64,000 bases of DNA from Candidatus Saccharimonadota bacterium (GCA_018062785.1 JAGORO010000003.1:23801-87800); one strand, 5' to 3'; shown: positions 1 through 9,138, numbered from the stretch's first letter. Notes: generated by a model from the letters alone, not told the origin. Translations and numbers: made by a program.

Positions 1-774
1 GAGCATTACAGACTAACTCATACCACAGACAACATGCGCTTCGTGATCGCTGGCAATATTGGCCGGCGAAAAGGCGCGATCATCGAAATGCTCGAAATGA
101 TGGAACTGCCACGAGGCGAACGATTTGAGATGCCCGACGAGATTGTCGTGGCACCAAAAAAACCAATCTGCATTCCGAATCCGACAGTAGATACGCTATA
201 TTTTTATATCGATACTTTCATGAATCGTCGACTCGAGGAGTCTGAGCTCGATGCCCTAGGTATCGTCAGTGCGATATTGACCGAAACGTTATACTCGAAG
301 ATTCTTGGCACTGCTCGCGAAAAGGGCTTGGTGTATGGCATGAATTCGAGCCACCAGCAGATTAAACTCAGCAGCAACCTCTGGTTTGGTAGTCAAGTGT
401 CCGTGCAGAATGCATCAGCGTTATTTGATATCATCACCGAGCAGCTCGGTAATGTATTCCGTGGCGAGATTGCCGAGGCTGACATTGTCGCTGCCCAAGC
501 CTATTCAATTGGTAGGTATCAGAGAGGTGCGCAAACCGTCGCGAGTACAGCGAGTGGGTACATGACACGCTACTTCTTCGACGAGCACATCGATGATTAC
601 TACAAGATACCGGAGCGCATCGAAGCCGTCACCAAACAAGATATTATTGATATTACACGGGCGATGTTTGCCGATGGCACAGGCGGACTTGGTGTGTACG
701 GCAGCTGCAATCCAAAATTAGCAGCCGAGCTCAGCGAGCAGATTCAACCCCTGTGGCAGTACAACGGGGAATAG
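1..774 (+). CDS. M16 (pitrilysin/insulinase) family peptidase, C-terminal part; 5' end outside the window
   Basis: The frame is open from nt 1 (EHYRLTHTTDN precedes the listed Met at 34), so the gene is cut by the window edge. The sequence resembles the non-catalytic second half of M16 peptidases, by eye only. Confidence 0.5.
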   Translation, partial: EHYRLTHTTDNMRFVIAGNIGRRKGAIIEMLEMMELPRGERFEMPDEIVVAPKKPICIPNPTVDTLYFYIDTFMNRRLEESELDALGIVSAILTETLYSKILGTAREKGLVYGMNSSHQQIKLSSNLWFGSQVSVQNASALFDIITEQLGNVFRGEIAEADIVAAQAYSIGRYQRGAQTVASTASGYMTRYFFDEHIDDYYKIPERIEAVTKQDIIDITRAMFADGTGGLGVYGSCNPKLAAELSEQIQPLWQYNGE

Positions 775-779
775 GCGGT

Positions 780-1853
780 ATGGAGGGCCTATCGCGCGAA
801 ATCCAACAGCTTACAAACGAACTTCATGATGCGCTGCAAAAAATTAATTTTGTCGTACTCCAATCGCAACAGCAAGAGCTGACAGAGGAGATGGCCTTAC
901 CCGAGTTTTGGCAAGATACAGAGGCCGCACAGCGTACTTCACAGAAGCATGCATCGCTCGAAAAACGGCTCGCACCATGGGCGCAGCTTCGTTCGCAGCT
1001 TGCTGATTTGCATGAACTGAGTCAGATCGGCGATGAATCCCTAGAGGTAGAATTGGCATCCCAGATGAAACTCGTCAAGGAAAAGCTGGTAAAGCTCAAA
1101 GAAGAACTTAAATTTTCTGGTCCGTATGATACGAAAGGCGCTATTTTAAGTATTCATGCTGGTGCAGGTGGCGCAGACGCCCAAGACTGGGCAGGGATGC
1201 TACTGCGAATGTATGTGCGCTATGGCGAGCAGAATGGCTACAGGGTCAAGAGCATCGATGAGTCAGCGAGTGACGAAGGTGGCATCAAGAGTGCGACGTT
1301 GCAGTTCGATGGAGCGTTCGCCTACGGCAAGCTCAAGGGTGAGCATGGCGTGCATCGATTAGTGCGTCTTAGTCCGTTCAACGCCGAAAGCCGCGAAACC
1401 AGCTTTGCTAAGGTCGAGGTGCTACCAGAAATAGATACGCCAGAAACGGTTGAGATCGACGACAAAGACCTTAAAATCGATGTCTATCGTGCTGGCGGGC
1501 ACGGCGGGCAGAGCGTCAACACAACAGATAGTGCAGTACGCGTTACGCACCTTCCAACAGGGATTGTGGTGGCTATCCAGAACGAGCGCAGCCAGCTCCA
1601 AAACAAAGAAGTAGCCATGACGATTCTGCGCTCACGTTTGGCGCAGCTCCAGCTCGAACAGCACGCCGAAAAGGTGAGCGAACTCAAAGGTCCGAACGAG
1701 CAGGCCGCTTGGGGCAATCAGATCAGAAATTACGTCCTCCACCCCTACAAGCAGGTCAAAGACCTGCGCACGGGCCACACCAGCTCTGACCCAAACGATG
1801 TTCTCTCGGGCAACTTAAATGACTTTATTGTGAGCTATCTCGAGAAATTCTAA
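780..1853 (+). CDS. prfB: Peptide chain release factor 2
   Basis: SPF tripeptide (LSPFNAESRE) and GGQ motif (RAGGHGGQSVNTTDSAVRVTHLPTG). The ATG at 780 follows the upstream stop at 772..774. The ORF is uninterrupted, with no CUU UGA frameshift site. Confidence 0.93.
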   Translation: MEGLSREIQQLTNELHDALQKINFVVLQSQQQELTEEMALPEFWQDTEAAQRTSQKHASLEKRLAPWAQLRSQLADLHELSQIGDESLEVELASQMKLVKEKLVKLKEELKFSGPYDTKGAILSIHAGAGGADAQDWAGMLLRMYVRYGEQNGYRVKSIDESASDEGGIKSATLQFDGAFAYGKLKGEHGVHRLVRLSPFNAESRETSFAKVEVLPEIDTPETVEIDDKDLKIDVYRAGGHGGQSVNTTDSAVRVTHLPTGIVVAIQNERSQLQNKEVAMTILRSRLAQLQLEQHAEKVSELKGPNEQAAWGNQIRNYVLHPYKQVKDLRTGHTSSDPNDVLSGNLNDFIVSYLEKF

Positions 1854-1888
1854 GGGCGTCGGGCAATATCTTGGGCCAGAGGTGATGG

Positions 1889-2188
1889 CTACTTTTCCCT
1901 TAGAGCATCCACGACACCCGTCCAATAGACAGCATAGTGTCCGATGGCGAATAGCCCAAAGCCAAGTATCACCCAAAGTATGGTCGGACGCAGTAACAGA
2001 AATATAAGGAATGTGGGCAGCATAAAATCATGATATAGGTATGTTCGTCTGGTGGCCCGAAGAGTTATTGTACGTAGTCGCTCGTCTTCATCAAGGAATT
2101 CGGTTGGCATAGGCAGACTTTCAGCAGATCCTCTATCGGCTCCCTTTAAGAATTTTTTGGGCAAAACGTGAGAAAAAAGATTAAGCAA
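1889..2188 (-). CDS. Small polytopic membrane protein downstream of the XRE gene; true 5' end unresolved and probably upstream of the listed TTG
   Basis: Hydrophobic helices (TFLIFLLLRPTILWVILGFGLFAIGHYAVYW). The frame stays open and hydrophobic up to 2347 without a canonical start codon (see finding). Confidence 0.5.
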   Translation of the reverse strand: MLNLFSHVLPKKFLKGADRGSAESLPMPTEFLDEDERLRTITLRATRRTYLYHDFMLPTFLIFLLLRPTILWVILGFGLFAIGHYAVYWTGVVDALREK

Positions 2189-2347
2189 GACAAGCCCGAT
2201 GACAATATAAAGAGATGGTTTGCTGGAAAAAATCGTGGTACCTGGGTTATCTACGGTATGTCTGACGGCGACGTAAACCCCAGCCGTGAATGTCGCTATA
2301 TCAAAGATTCTCCAGAGTGGTGATCTCGTGGATGTGGAACGCGCATA

Positions 2348-2563
2348 TTACTTTTCCTCTTCGAGCCAGAACAGCTCATTAAATGGTATCTCTAGTGCAT
2401 AGGCAATCCTGAGCGCTAAAAGTGCGGACGGCGAATAGTCTCCCTTTTCTATCGCGGCCACCGTTTGCCTAGTAGCATCTATTTTCTGGGCTAAATCAGA
2501 TTGGCTCATGCCTTTCGATGCCCTAGACGCTCTCACGGAATTTCGAATTATTGATGAGCCCAT
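2348..2563 (-). CDS. XRE-family helix-turn-helix transcriptional regulator (71 aa)
   Basis: Classic Cro/C1 HTH: RASKGMSQSDLAQKIDATRQTVAAIEKGDYSPSALLALRIAYALEIPFNELF. Confidence 0.85.
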   Translation of the reverse strand: MGSSIIRNSVRASRASKGMSQSDLAQKIDATRQTVAAIEKGDYSPSALLALRIAYALEIPFNELFWLEEEK

Positions 2564-2570
2564 GGTAGAA

Positions 2571-2590
2571 ATGTAAAGTTTACTTTACAT
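2571..2590. promoter_or_regulatory. Perfect 9-2-9 palindrome ATGTAAAGT-TT-ACTTTACAT; candidate XRE operator between the divergent XRE and ftsE genes
   Basis: Read directly. It lies 8 nt upstream of the XRE start codon (2563) and 60 nt upstream of the ftsE -10 box. Confidence 0.55.
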
Positions 2591-2649
2591 ACGTACAACA
2601 CGAGATAAAAAATGCAAGGGGCGCGTATAATAAAAGTACGGCGCTACCA

Positions 2650-2658
2650 TGCTATAAT
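2650..2658 (+). promoter_or_regulatory. Extended -10 (TGcTATAAT) for ftsE; leaderless configuration
   Basis: TATAAT at 2653..2658 ends 7 nt before the ftsE ATG at 2666. Confidence 0.6.
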
Positions 2659-2665
2659 ACTGCTA

Positions 2666-3379
2666 ATGATTTTGTTGGATAGGGTAACCAAGACATATAA
2701 CAAAAACCTTGGACCTGCGCTTGACCGCGCTAGTCTTCATGTCGAGCCAAAAGAGTTTGTGATTGTTGTCGGGCAGAGCGGGGCGGGCAAGTCGACGTTG
2801 CTCAAGCTTTTAACCCGAGAGGAGCGTCCTACCTCTGGGAAGATCATCGTTGGAGGCATCGATTACGACAAGCTTCCCGACAAACACATTCCACTGTTGC
2901 GACGTAAGATCGGCACCGTATTTCAAGATTTTAAGCTGCTACCGAACAAGACTGTCTTTGAGAATGTTGCGTTTGCACTCGAGATCGTAGGTATTAGCCA
3001 AAAAGAGATAAACAATACAGTACCTAGAGTACTCGATATCGTGAATCTCAAAGATAAGGCCCAGCGGATGCCCCGCGAACTCAGTGGTGGCGAACGGCAA
3101 CGAGTTGCCATTGCGCGTGCAATCGTACGTCAGCCGAAGATTTTGATCGCCGACGAGCCAACCGGTAATCTTGACCCCAAGCATGCATGGGATGTTATTG
3201 CTGTGCTTGAGAAAATCAATCGTCATGGCACTACGGTACTGCTAACGACCCATAACCAAGAGATTGTGAGCAAGCTCAAGAGGCGTGTTATCACTATTGG
3301 CGGCGGTAAGATCGTGAGTGACCGCGCCAGTACCCGTAAGGCTGAGACTAAAGCTGATGCTAGGAGTGCTAGGGCATGA
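2666..3379 (+). CDS. ftsE: Cell-division ABC transporter ATP-binding protein FtsE
   Basis: Walker A GQSGAGKST, ABC signature LSGGERQRVAIARA, Walker B ILIADEPTGNLD. The N-terminus MILLDRVTKTY is typical of FtsE. Overlaps ftsX by 4 nt. Confidence 0.92.
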   Translation: MILLDRVTKTYNKNLGPALDRASLHVEPKEFVIVVGQSGAGKSTLLKLLTREERPTSGKIIVGGIDYDKLPDKHIPLLRRKIGTVFQDFKLLPNKTVFENVAFALEIVGISQKEINNTVPRVLDIVNLKDKAQRMPRELSGGERQRVAIARAIVRQPKILIADEPTGNLDPKHAWDVIAVLEKINRHGTTVLLTTHNQEIVSKLKRRVITIGGGKIVSDRASTRKAETKADARSARA

Positions 3380-4320
3380 GTCGACGATCTACGACGTTTG
3401 CTCGAATTATTCGGGCCGGTATGCTCAACTTTGTTCGTAATGCGTGGTTAGCAATTGCGGCAATGGCAATTATGTCGGTGACACTCACCATTATTCTGTT
3501 TTCGATTATTGCCAATGCGACATTCCATAACACTATAGAAGACATAACGAGTAAGATAAACATTTCGATCTACCTCAAGGACAGCGCAACGCCCGCCCAG
3601 ACCAAAGAGTTCATTGCTGGGCTGAAGAGCCTAGAAAATGTCGAGGAAGTAAAGTACCTAGACAAAGCAGCGGCCCTTAAGGCGTACATGCGCCAAAATC
3701 AGGGCAATACCCAATTGCTTTCGGCTATTAACGAGACGGACAACCCGCTACCAGCAACAATTCAGGTTAAGCCCAAGGAACTCAGCCAGCTCAAGGAAAT
3801 TCGCACCTATGTAGAACAGCCGAAGTACGCCAAACTACAATCGGATCCAGCCAGTGACAACGGGGATAGGCGCGAGGCGATCGATAACATCACGCACGCT
3901 ACAAACATTATGCGCAAAGCAGGCTTTGCTGCGGTAGCGGTATTTGCTGTCATCTCGATAATGATCATATTTAACACCATACAGATGGCGATATTTAATA
4001 GGCGCGAAGAAATCCAGATCATGCGGTTGCTTGGAGCTGGGACGGCGTATATCCGCGGGCCATTTGTGGTGGAAGCGATTATTTACGGTATACTTTCAGC
4101 GATCATCTCGCTCCTAGTGATAAACGGTATCTTCATTACTGCCTCTAGCTCGCTTCAGGCATCTAGCTTTGGCTTGCTCGACATCAGTTATTCGCAACAA
4201 TTCTTCCAGCAATACTACTGGCATCTATTGGCCCTGCAGCTTACGCTTGGTATACTTATAGGTGCCGTTTCGTCCACCTTTGCCACGCGGCGATACTTAA
4301 AGTTCAAGGCACCAAAGTAG
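3376..4320 (+). CDS. ftsX: Cell-division permease FtsX
   Basis: N-terminal TM, large extracytoplasmic domain, then three C-terminal TMs (FtsX-like permease layout: IQIMRLLGAGTAYIRGPFVVEA). Coupled to ftsE. Confidence 0.88.
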   Translation: MSRRSTTFARIIRAGMLNFVRNAWLAIAAMAIMSVTLTIILFSIIANATFHNTIEDITSKINISIYLKDSATPAQTKEFIAGLKSLENVEEVKYLDKAAALKAYMRQNQGNTQLLSAINETDNPLPATIQVKPKELSQLKEIRTYVEQPKYAKLQSDPASDNGDRREAIDNITHATNIMRKAGFAAVAVFAVISIMIIFNTIQMAIFNRREEIQIMRLLGAGTAYIRGPFVVEAIIYGILSAIISLLVINGIFITASSSLQASSFGLLDISYSQQFFQQYYWHLLALQLTLGILIGAVSSTFATRRYLKFKAPK

Positions 4321-4665
4321 GGTATTCCCTTGGAGTAGTTACTTGTGTAGCTTCTTTAGCGCCCAGTACATTTTTAGCTCCGAGACTCATTCACCGTACT
4401 GCAGATACGGTTCATTTGTTTCTCGCTAAGAACACGCACTGATCGCCAAAGTCCAAGAAAACTCAACCTGAGGCGGCACCATGAACTTCGAAAGCAGAAA
4501 TCACACGAAATAAGCAACAAATACCTCAAAATAAGTAATAAGAAGTATTCTTGGGGTGTTTTTTTCGCTCCAACGAACAAGGAGGGTAGTCAGAGTCTCT
4601 TGAAGTTGAAGAAAATTTGTGATAAACTGATTATGTTAATTCAAAATAAACAACAAAAAACAAGT

Positions 4666-5832
4666 ATGAAAACAGTCTCTCCAAGGATAATTCAGTCGGT
4701 TCGGCGCATTACGCTTAGATCGCGCCTTTCGGCATTGGCAGCAACCGGTGTTCTCGTTGCCTGTACTACTGTTGTGCCGACGGCCAACCAGATAGTAGCG
4801 GCCCAAAACTATCAAGAGCAGATCAATGCCATTCAAGCCGATAGCGCCAATAAACGAGCCACGGTAAATAACTTGCTCGACCAAGCGGCGAGCTTCCAAG
4901 ATGTTATCTCAAAACTACAAGCTCAGATTGATGGGCTACAGGCGTCAATCAATGCGAACGTTGCGCTCCAGAGCGACCTTCAGAGACAGATTCAAGAGGC
5001 GCAGACAGAAATCGACCGGCAGCGAGGTATCTTGGCTAGTGACGTTAAGGCTATGTATGTAGATGGCACGCCCGATACGGTGGTACTGATGGCTACGAGC
5101 AAAAACCTTAGCGAGTTCGTGGACAAGCAAGAGTATCGCTCTCGCGTCCAAGGTAAACTCCAGCTGACCATGAAGAAGATTGCCGCTCTCCAGAAGCAAC
5201 TTCAGGTCCAGAAGGCAAAAGTGGAAACACTGCTCAAGGAGCAGCAGTCGCAACAGGCGCGTCTTGATGGTGACCGTGCAGAGCAGCAGCGGCTCTTAAA
5301 CCTAAATGATGCCGAACGAACGAGTATCAATTCGCAGATAACTTCTAATAATGCTCGTGTCTCGGAACTACAGGCGGCGCAGGCGGCGGCAAACCGTCGG
5401 CTAAGCTCAAACACGGGCGGTGTGATTGCCGGTGATCCTGGTCGAGGGGGATATCCTTCAAAATACGCAGATATACCCAAAGATGCCGTAGTGGATGCTT
5501 GGGGTATGTATAACCGTGAATGCGTGAGCTATACAGCATGGAAGGTATACCAAACATTTGGCTACATGCCGTACTGGGGCGGAGTCGGCAACGCCAACCA
5601 ATGGCCGGGTAATGCGGTACGGGCGGGTATTCCAACCGGTTCAACGCCTCGCGTTAATTCCGTGGCGGTATGGAACGTTGGTTACTACGGCCATGTTATG
5701 TGGGTCGAAGCAGTTAATCCCGATGGCTCAATCTGGATTAGCCAATACAACTATGACTTCAATGGCCACTACAGCGAAATGAAGATTAGCGCTGCAATGG
5801 CATCGAGCTTGACGTATATTTACTTCCGTTAA
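4666..5832 (+). CDS. Secreted coiled-coil / CHAP-domain peptidoglycan hydrolase (PcsB/CwlO-like)
   Basis: Signal/TM segment (LSALAATGVLVACTTVV), about 230 aa of heptad-rich Q/A/L coiled coil, and a C-terminal CHAP domain (NRECVSYTAWKV...GHVMWVEAVNPDGSIWISQYN). Confidence 0.82.
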   Translation: MKTVSPRIIQSVRRITLRSRLSALAATGVLVACTTVVPTANQIVAAQNYQEQINAIQADSANKRATVNNLLDQAASFQDVISKLQAQIDGLQASINANVALQSDLQRQIQEAQTEIDRQRGILASDVKAMYVDGTPDTVVLMATSKNLSEFVDKQEYRSRVQGKLQLTMKKIAALQKQLQVQKAKVETLLKEQQSQQARLDGDRAEQQRLLNLNDAERTSINSQITSNNARVSELQAAQAAANRRLSSNTGGVIAGDPGRGGYPSKYADIPKDAVVDAWGMYNRECVSYTAWKVYQTFGYMPYWGGVGNANQWPGNAVRAGIPTGSTPRVNSVAVWNVGYYGHVMWVEAVNPDGSIWISQYNYDFNGHYSEMKISAAMASSLTYIYFR

Positions 5833-5854
5833 GATCGCTGTAGTATCTTTTGGA

Positions 5855-5887
5855 ACGCCGTCCTGCACTATAGGGCGGTGTTTTTTA
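5855..5887 (+). terminator. Rho-independent terminator after the CHAP hydrolase gene
   Basis: 9-bp stem ACGCCGTCC / GGGCGGTGT (two G-U pairs), 9-nt loop, then TTTTTT. Confidence 0.7.
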
Positions 5888-5947
5888 TGGAAACCTGCGT
5901 GAATACACTTTGTGTTCGATCCAAAGTATCGGTATACTACTAACCAT

Positions 5948-7192
5948 ATGCAAAAAGAGAGAACGCCCGAACCCGTACCGACCCAAACCAACATCGTACA
6001 TGTCAAAAAAGAAAGCAGCAGAGGCTTTTTTATACCTATTGTGGTAGGTGTTGCAGCCTTTATGCTTGGGCTGGCAATGGGTCAGGGGAAGCTACAGCTT
6101 ACGGGGCAGAATTTTGGTCGGACGACTAATACGAACCTGCCAGGTGGCATAAACTACTCAAGCGTCAATGAGCTGTACAATGCATTGCGTGAAAACTATG
6201 ACGGCACAATCAAGGAAGCCGATGTGCTTAACGGGCTCAAGCACGGTCTAGCCGCAAGCCCAAAGGACCCTTACACTGAATACTTTAGCGGCGAAGAAGC
6301 CAAAGAATTTCAGAATAATCTCCAAGGAACAATTAGTGGCATAGGTGCCAAGCTCGAACTCGATAAGGACGGTAATGTATCTGTAGTTGCGCCAATCACA
6401 GGCTCTCCCGCAGAAGCGGCAGGTATACGCGCCAAGGACATCATTGGCAGCGTGGATGGGAAGAGTACTGCAGGCATGAGTACACAACAGGCAGTCTTGA
6501 AGATTCGAGGCAAGAAAGGCACGAAAGTCACGCTTGGCATTGTTCGCGGCACGGAATCGTTCGAGGTTACGATCACCAGAGACGAGATTACGGTCCCTAG
6601 TGTTGAGCACAAGGTCCTTGACGACGGAGTGGGATACTTGCAGGTGAATCAATTTAGCGATGATACTGGTCGATTGGTCCGCGAGGCAGCAAGTGACTTC
6701 ACGGGACAGGGCGTCAAAAAGGTTATCTTGGACTTGCGCGATAATCCGGGCGGTGAAGTTGACGCCGCTGTCGAACTAGCAAGTCTCTGGCTGCCAAATG
6801 GCAAAGAGGTGCTACAGCAACGTCGCGGCAAAGAAGTTATACAAAAGAGCTTTGCGGATGGTGGCAGTGTTCTTGCCGATATGCCGACAGTGGTGCTTAT
6901 AAACAATGGCTCGGCCTCGGCCTCAGAAATTGTTGCGCTCGCTCTTAAAGATCATCACAATGCAACGCTAATCGGCGAAAAGAGTTATGGGAAGGGCGTT
7001 GTACAACAGCTCGTTAACCTCAAGGATGGTGGACAGCTCAAGGTAACAATTGCAAAATGGTATTCACCTAATGGTACGAACATTAACGGTAAAGGCATAA
7101 CTCCCGATCAAGAGGTCAAGCTTAGCGATGAACAGATTAAGAATAAGGATGATGCCCAACTCAAAGCTGCACAGGATTTCTTGGCAAAGTAG
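5948..7192 (+). CDS. S41 C-terminal processing (tail-specific) peptidase with PDZ domain
   Basis: PDZ (GSPAEAAGIRAKDIIGSVDG) followed by the S41 core (ILDLRDNPGGEV...NNGSASASEIVALALKD...GEKSYGKG). N-terminal TM anchor. TATACT at 5933..5938 lies 9 nt upstream of the ATG. Confidence 0.88.
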   Translation: MQKERTPEPVPTQTNIVHVKKESSRGFFIPIVVGVAAFMLGLAMGQGKLQLTGQNFGRTTNTNLPGGINYSSVNELYNALRENYDGTIKEADVLNGLKHGLAASPKDPYTEYFSGEEAKEFQNNLQGTISGIGAKLELDKDGNVSVVAPITGSPAEAAGIRAKDIIGSVDGKSTAGMSTQQAVLKIRGKKGTKVTLGIVRGTESFEVTITRDEITVPSVEHKVLDDGVGYLQVNQFSDDTGRLVREAASDFTGQGVKKVILDLRDNPGGEVDAAVELASLWLPNGKEVLQQRRGKEVIQKSFADGGSVLADMPTVVLINNGSASASEIVALALKDHHNATLIGEKSYGKGVVQQLVNLKDGGQLKVTIAKWYSPNGTNINGKGITPDQEVKLSDEQIKNKDDAQLKAAQDFLAK

Positions 7193-7405
7193 ACATTGGA
7201 CGTCGGACACTAGACGTTAGACGTTGGAAAATCTCATCCTCATTTACACACTTTACCTCTAGTAATTCATCCTCATTTGGTAGGCCCTTCGGGCCTATGG
7301 ATGCTCGGCTAACGCCTCATAATGCGGGAATGAAACTCAGAATAGTAGTACTGGTGTGAATGAGATTTTCTAGGGCGTAACTTCTAGTGTCCGACGTCCA
7401 ATGTC
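7192..7405. repeat. 214-bp element bounded by perfect 23-bp inverted repeats (GACATTGGACGTCGGACACTAGA); MITE-like or long-hairpin RNA
   Basis: Arms are 7192..7214 and 7383..7405. A second matched pair, GAAAATCTCAT 7227..7237 / ATGAGATTTTC 7360..7370. Internal C(UUCG)G hairpin at 7283..7295. Confidence 0.6.
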
Positions 7406-7475
7406 CATTCTACCTTGCATTCAAGACTACGAGCCCGTATCATAATAGGGAAATAAGAGAGGTGTTGTTTTACTC

Positions 7476-9077
7476 GTGAGCAAACAGACAAAGTTTGTAT
7501 TTGTAACAGGTGGTGTTCTTTCGGGGCTTGGAAAGGGCATTACGGCGGCCTCCATCGGAAATCTCCTAAAAGCTCGTGGTCTCAGCGTAACGATCCAAAA
7601 ATGCGATCCGTACCTCAATGTCGATTCTGGCACGCTTAACCCCCGTGAGCATGGTGAGTGCTTTGTGACGCGTGATGGGGCAGAAACCGACCTCGACCTC
7701 GGTCACTACGAGCGGTTTATCGACCAAGAGCTAACGCAGTCGAGTAGTCTCATGAGCGGCAGGGTCATGCTAAAAGTTATTCAAGATGAGCGGGCAGGTA
7801 AGTTTGGTGGCGAGACCGTACAAATAATTCCTCATGTCACTGGCGCGATCCAAGATGCTATCGAAAAAACTGGCGAAGGATTCGATGTGCACATCGTAGA
7901 GATAGGCGGTACGGTAGGCGACTACGAAAGCCTATCCTTCGTAGAGGCAATTCGTGAATTTGGCATGCGTGTTGGTCGAGAAAACTGTCTGTATGTCCAC
8001 GTTGTATACATGCCGTATCTTGGCGCAAGCAAAGAGTTTAAGACAAAGCCGGCGCAGAATTCAGTCCGAGAAATTCGTGGACTTGGCATAGCACCAGATG
8101 TTCTTGTCTGTCGAAGCGAAGAGACGGCGCCAGATTCGGTGCGTAACAAGCTTAGCCTTTTCTGTGGCGTACGACCAGAGGCAATCGCGCTACTACCGAA
8201 TGCCGATACGATCTACCAAGTACCGCTCACGCTTGAAGACACGGGTATCGCAGATGTCATTACCAATCACCTCAGCCTCAAGGTTCGTAAGCCCGACCTT
8301 ACGGAGTGGCGAACGGTGGTTAAGCAAGCGTTAACTCCAGCGAAAAAAAATGTCCGCGTGGGTATCGTTGCCAAGTATCTCGACAATGCCGATACCTACA
8401 TGTCCGTTACGGAAGCTTTGCGTGCGGCGGGATGGGCGCACAAGACGCAGGTGGAGATCGTGTGGCTCGACGCCGAAGCGCTAGAGAAAATGTCCGACGT
8501 TAAATTTGTCGACGCTATGAACGCCATCGACGGCATTTTAGTGCCCGGAGGCTTTGGATCGCGGGGTGTCGAGGGGAAATTGCGTGCAGCGACCTATGCA
8601 CTTGACCACAAAAAACCATACCTAGGCATCTGCTACGGTATGCACATGCTAGTAATCGCGGCGGCACGACGTGCTGGGCTGAAGGCCGCAAACACAACAG
8701 AAGTCGATAAAAAAACTACCTATCCTGTCATAGCGACGATGGAGGGGCAAGAAGACAAGGAAAACACTGGTGGCACCATGCGACTCGGTGATTATGCTTG
8801 TAGGTTTGCCGCCGCATCTTTGACAGCAAAAGTGTATGGCAAAAAAGATATTATCGAGCGTCACCGACACCGCTTCGAGGCGAATAACGAGTATGTCGAC
8901 AAGTATGATTCATGGGGTATTAGCGCATCGGGCATAAATCCTGATAACGGGCTCGTTGAAGTTGTCGAAGGCGTAGATCATCCGTTCATGATTGCTTGTC
9001 AGTATCACCCAGAGTTCAAGAGTCGCCCAAATCGGCCGCACCCTCTATTCGCCGGCTTTGTACACAGCCTCTTGTAA
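7476..9077 (+). CDS. pyrG: CTP synthase
   Basis: N-terminal KFVFVTGGVLSGLGKG, glutaminase domain GICYGMH and HRHRFE. GTG start. Confidence 0.95.
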   Translation: MSKQTKFVFVTGGVLSGLGKGITAASIGNLLKARGLSVTIQKCDPYLNVDSGTLNPREHGECFVTRDGAETDLDLGHYERFIDQELTQSSSLMSGRVMLKVIQDERAGKFGGETVQIIPHVTGAIQDAIEKTGEGFDVHIVEIGGTVGDYESLSFVEAIREFGMRVGRENCLYVHVVYMPYLGASKEFKTKPAQNSVREIRGLGIAPDVLVCRSEETAPDSVRNKLSLFCGVRPEAIALLPNADTIYQVPLTLEDTGIADVITNHLSLKVRKPDLTEWRTVVKQALTPAKKNVRVGIVAKYLDNADTYMSVTEALRAAGWAHKTQVEIVWLDAEALEKMSDVKFVDAMNAIDGILVPGGFGSRGVEGKLRAATYALDHKKPYLGICYGMHMLVIAAARRAGLKAANTTEVDKKTTYPVIATMEGQEDKENTGGTMRLGDYACRFAAASLTAKVYGKKDIIERHRHRFEANNEYVDKYDSWGISASGINPDNGLVEVVEGVDHPFMIACQYHPEFKSRPNRPHPLFAGFVHSLL

Positions 9078-9138
9078 CATCGAACCCTTAGGGTCACTAC
9101 ACTTGTCACAATGCTTGGTTTGCGGTACCATAAGCGGT

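Noticed and set aside
753-1853. Looked for the programmed +1 frameshift (CUU UGA C) typical of prfB.
   Set aside because: The RF2 frame is continuous from the ATG at 780, with no in-frame UGA near codon 25. This prfB is simply frameshift-independent.
4321-4665. Possible c-di-AMP (ydaO-type) riboswitch in the long leader before the CHAP hydrolase.
   Set aside because: I could not find the paired ACGGGGA / CCCGA-type conserved cores by eye. Only the unusual length of the leader is noted, under the FtsEX finding.
8992-9138. Listed N-terminal extensions of several ORFs (8992 for the response regulator, 17655 for recO, 2612 for ftsE, 60158 for der, 55448 for topA, 12965 for the methyltransferase).
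   Set aside because: The extensions overlap upstream genes or promoters and lack family-typical N-termini. Internal ATGs reproduce the canonical N-terminal motifs and have -10 or SD signals.
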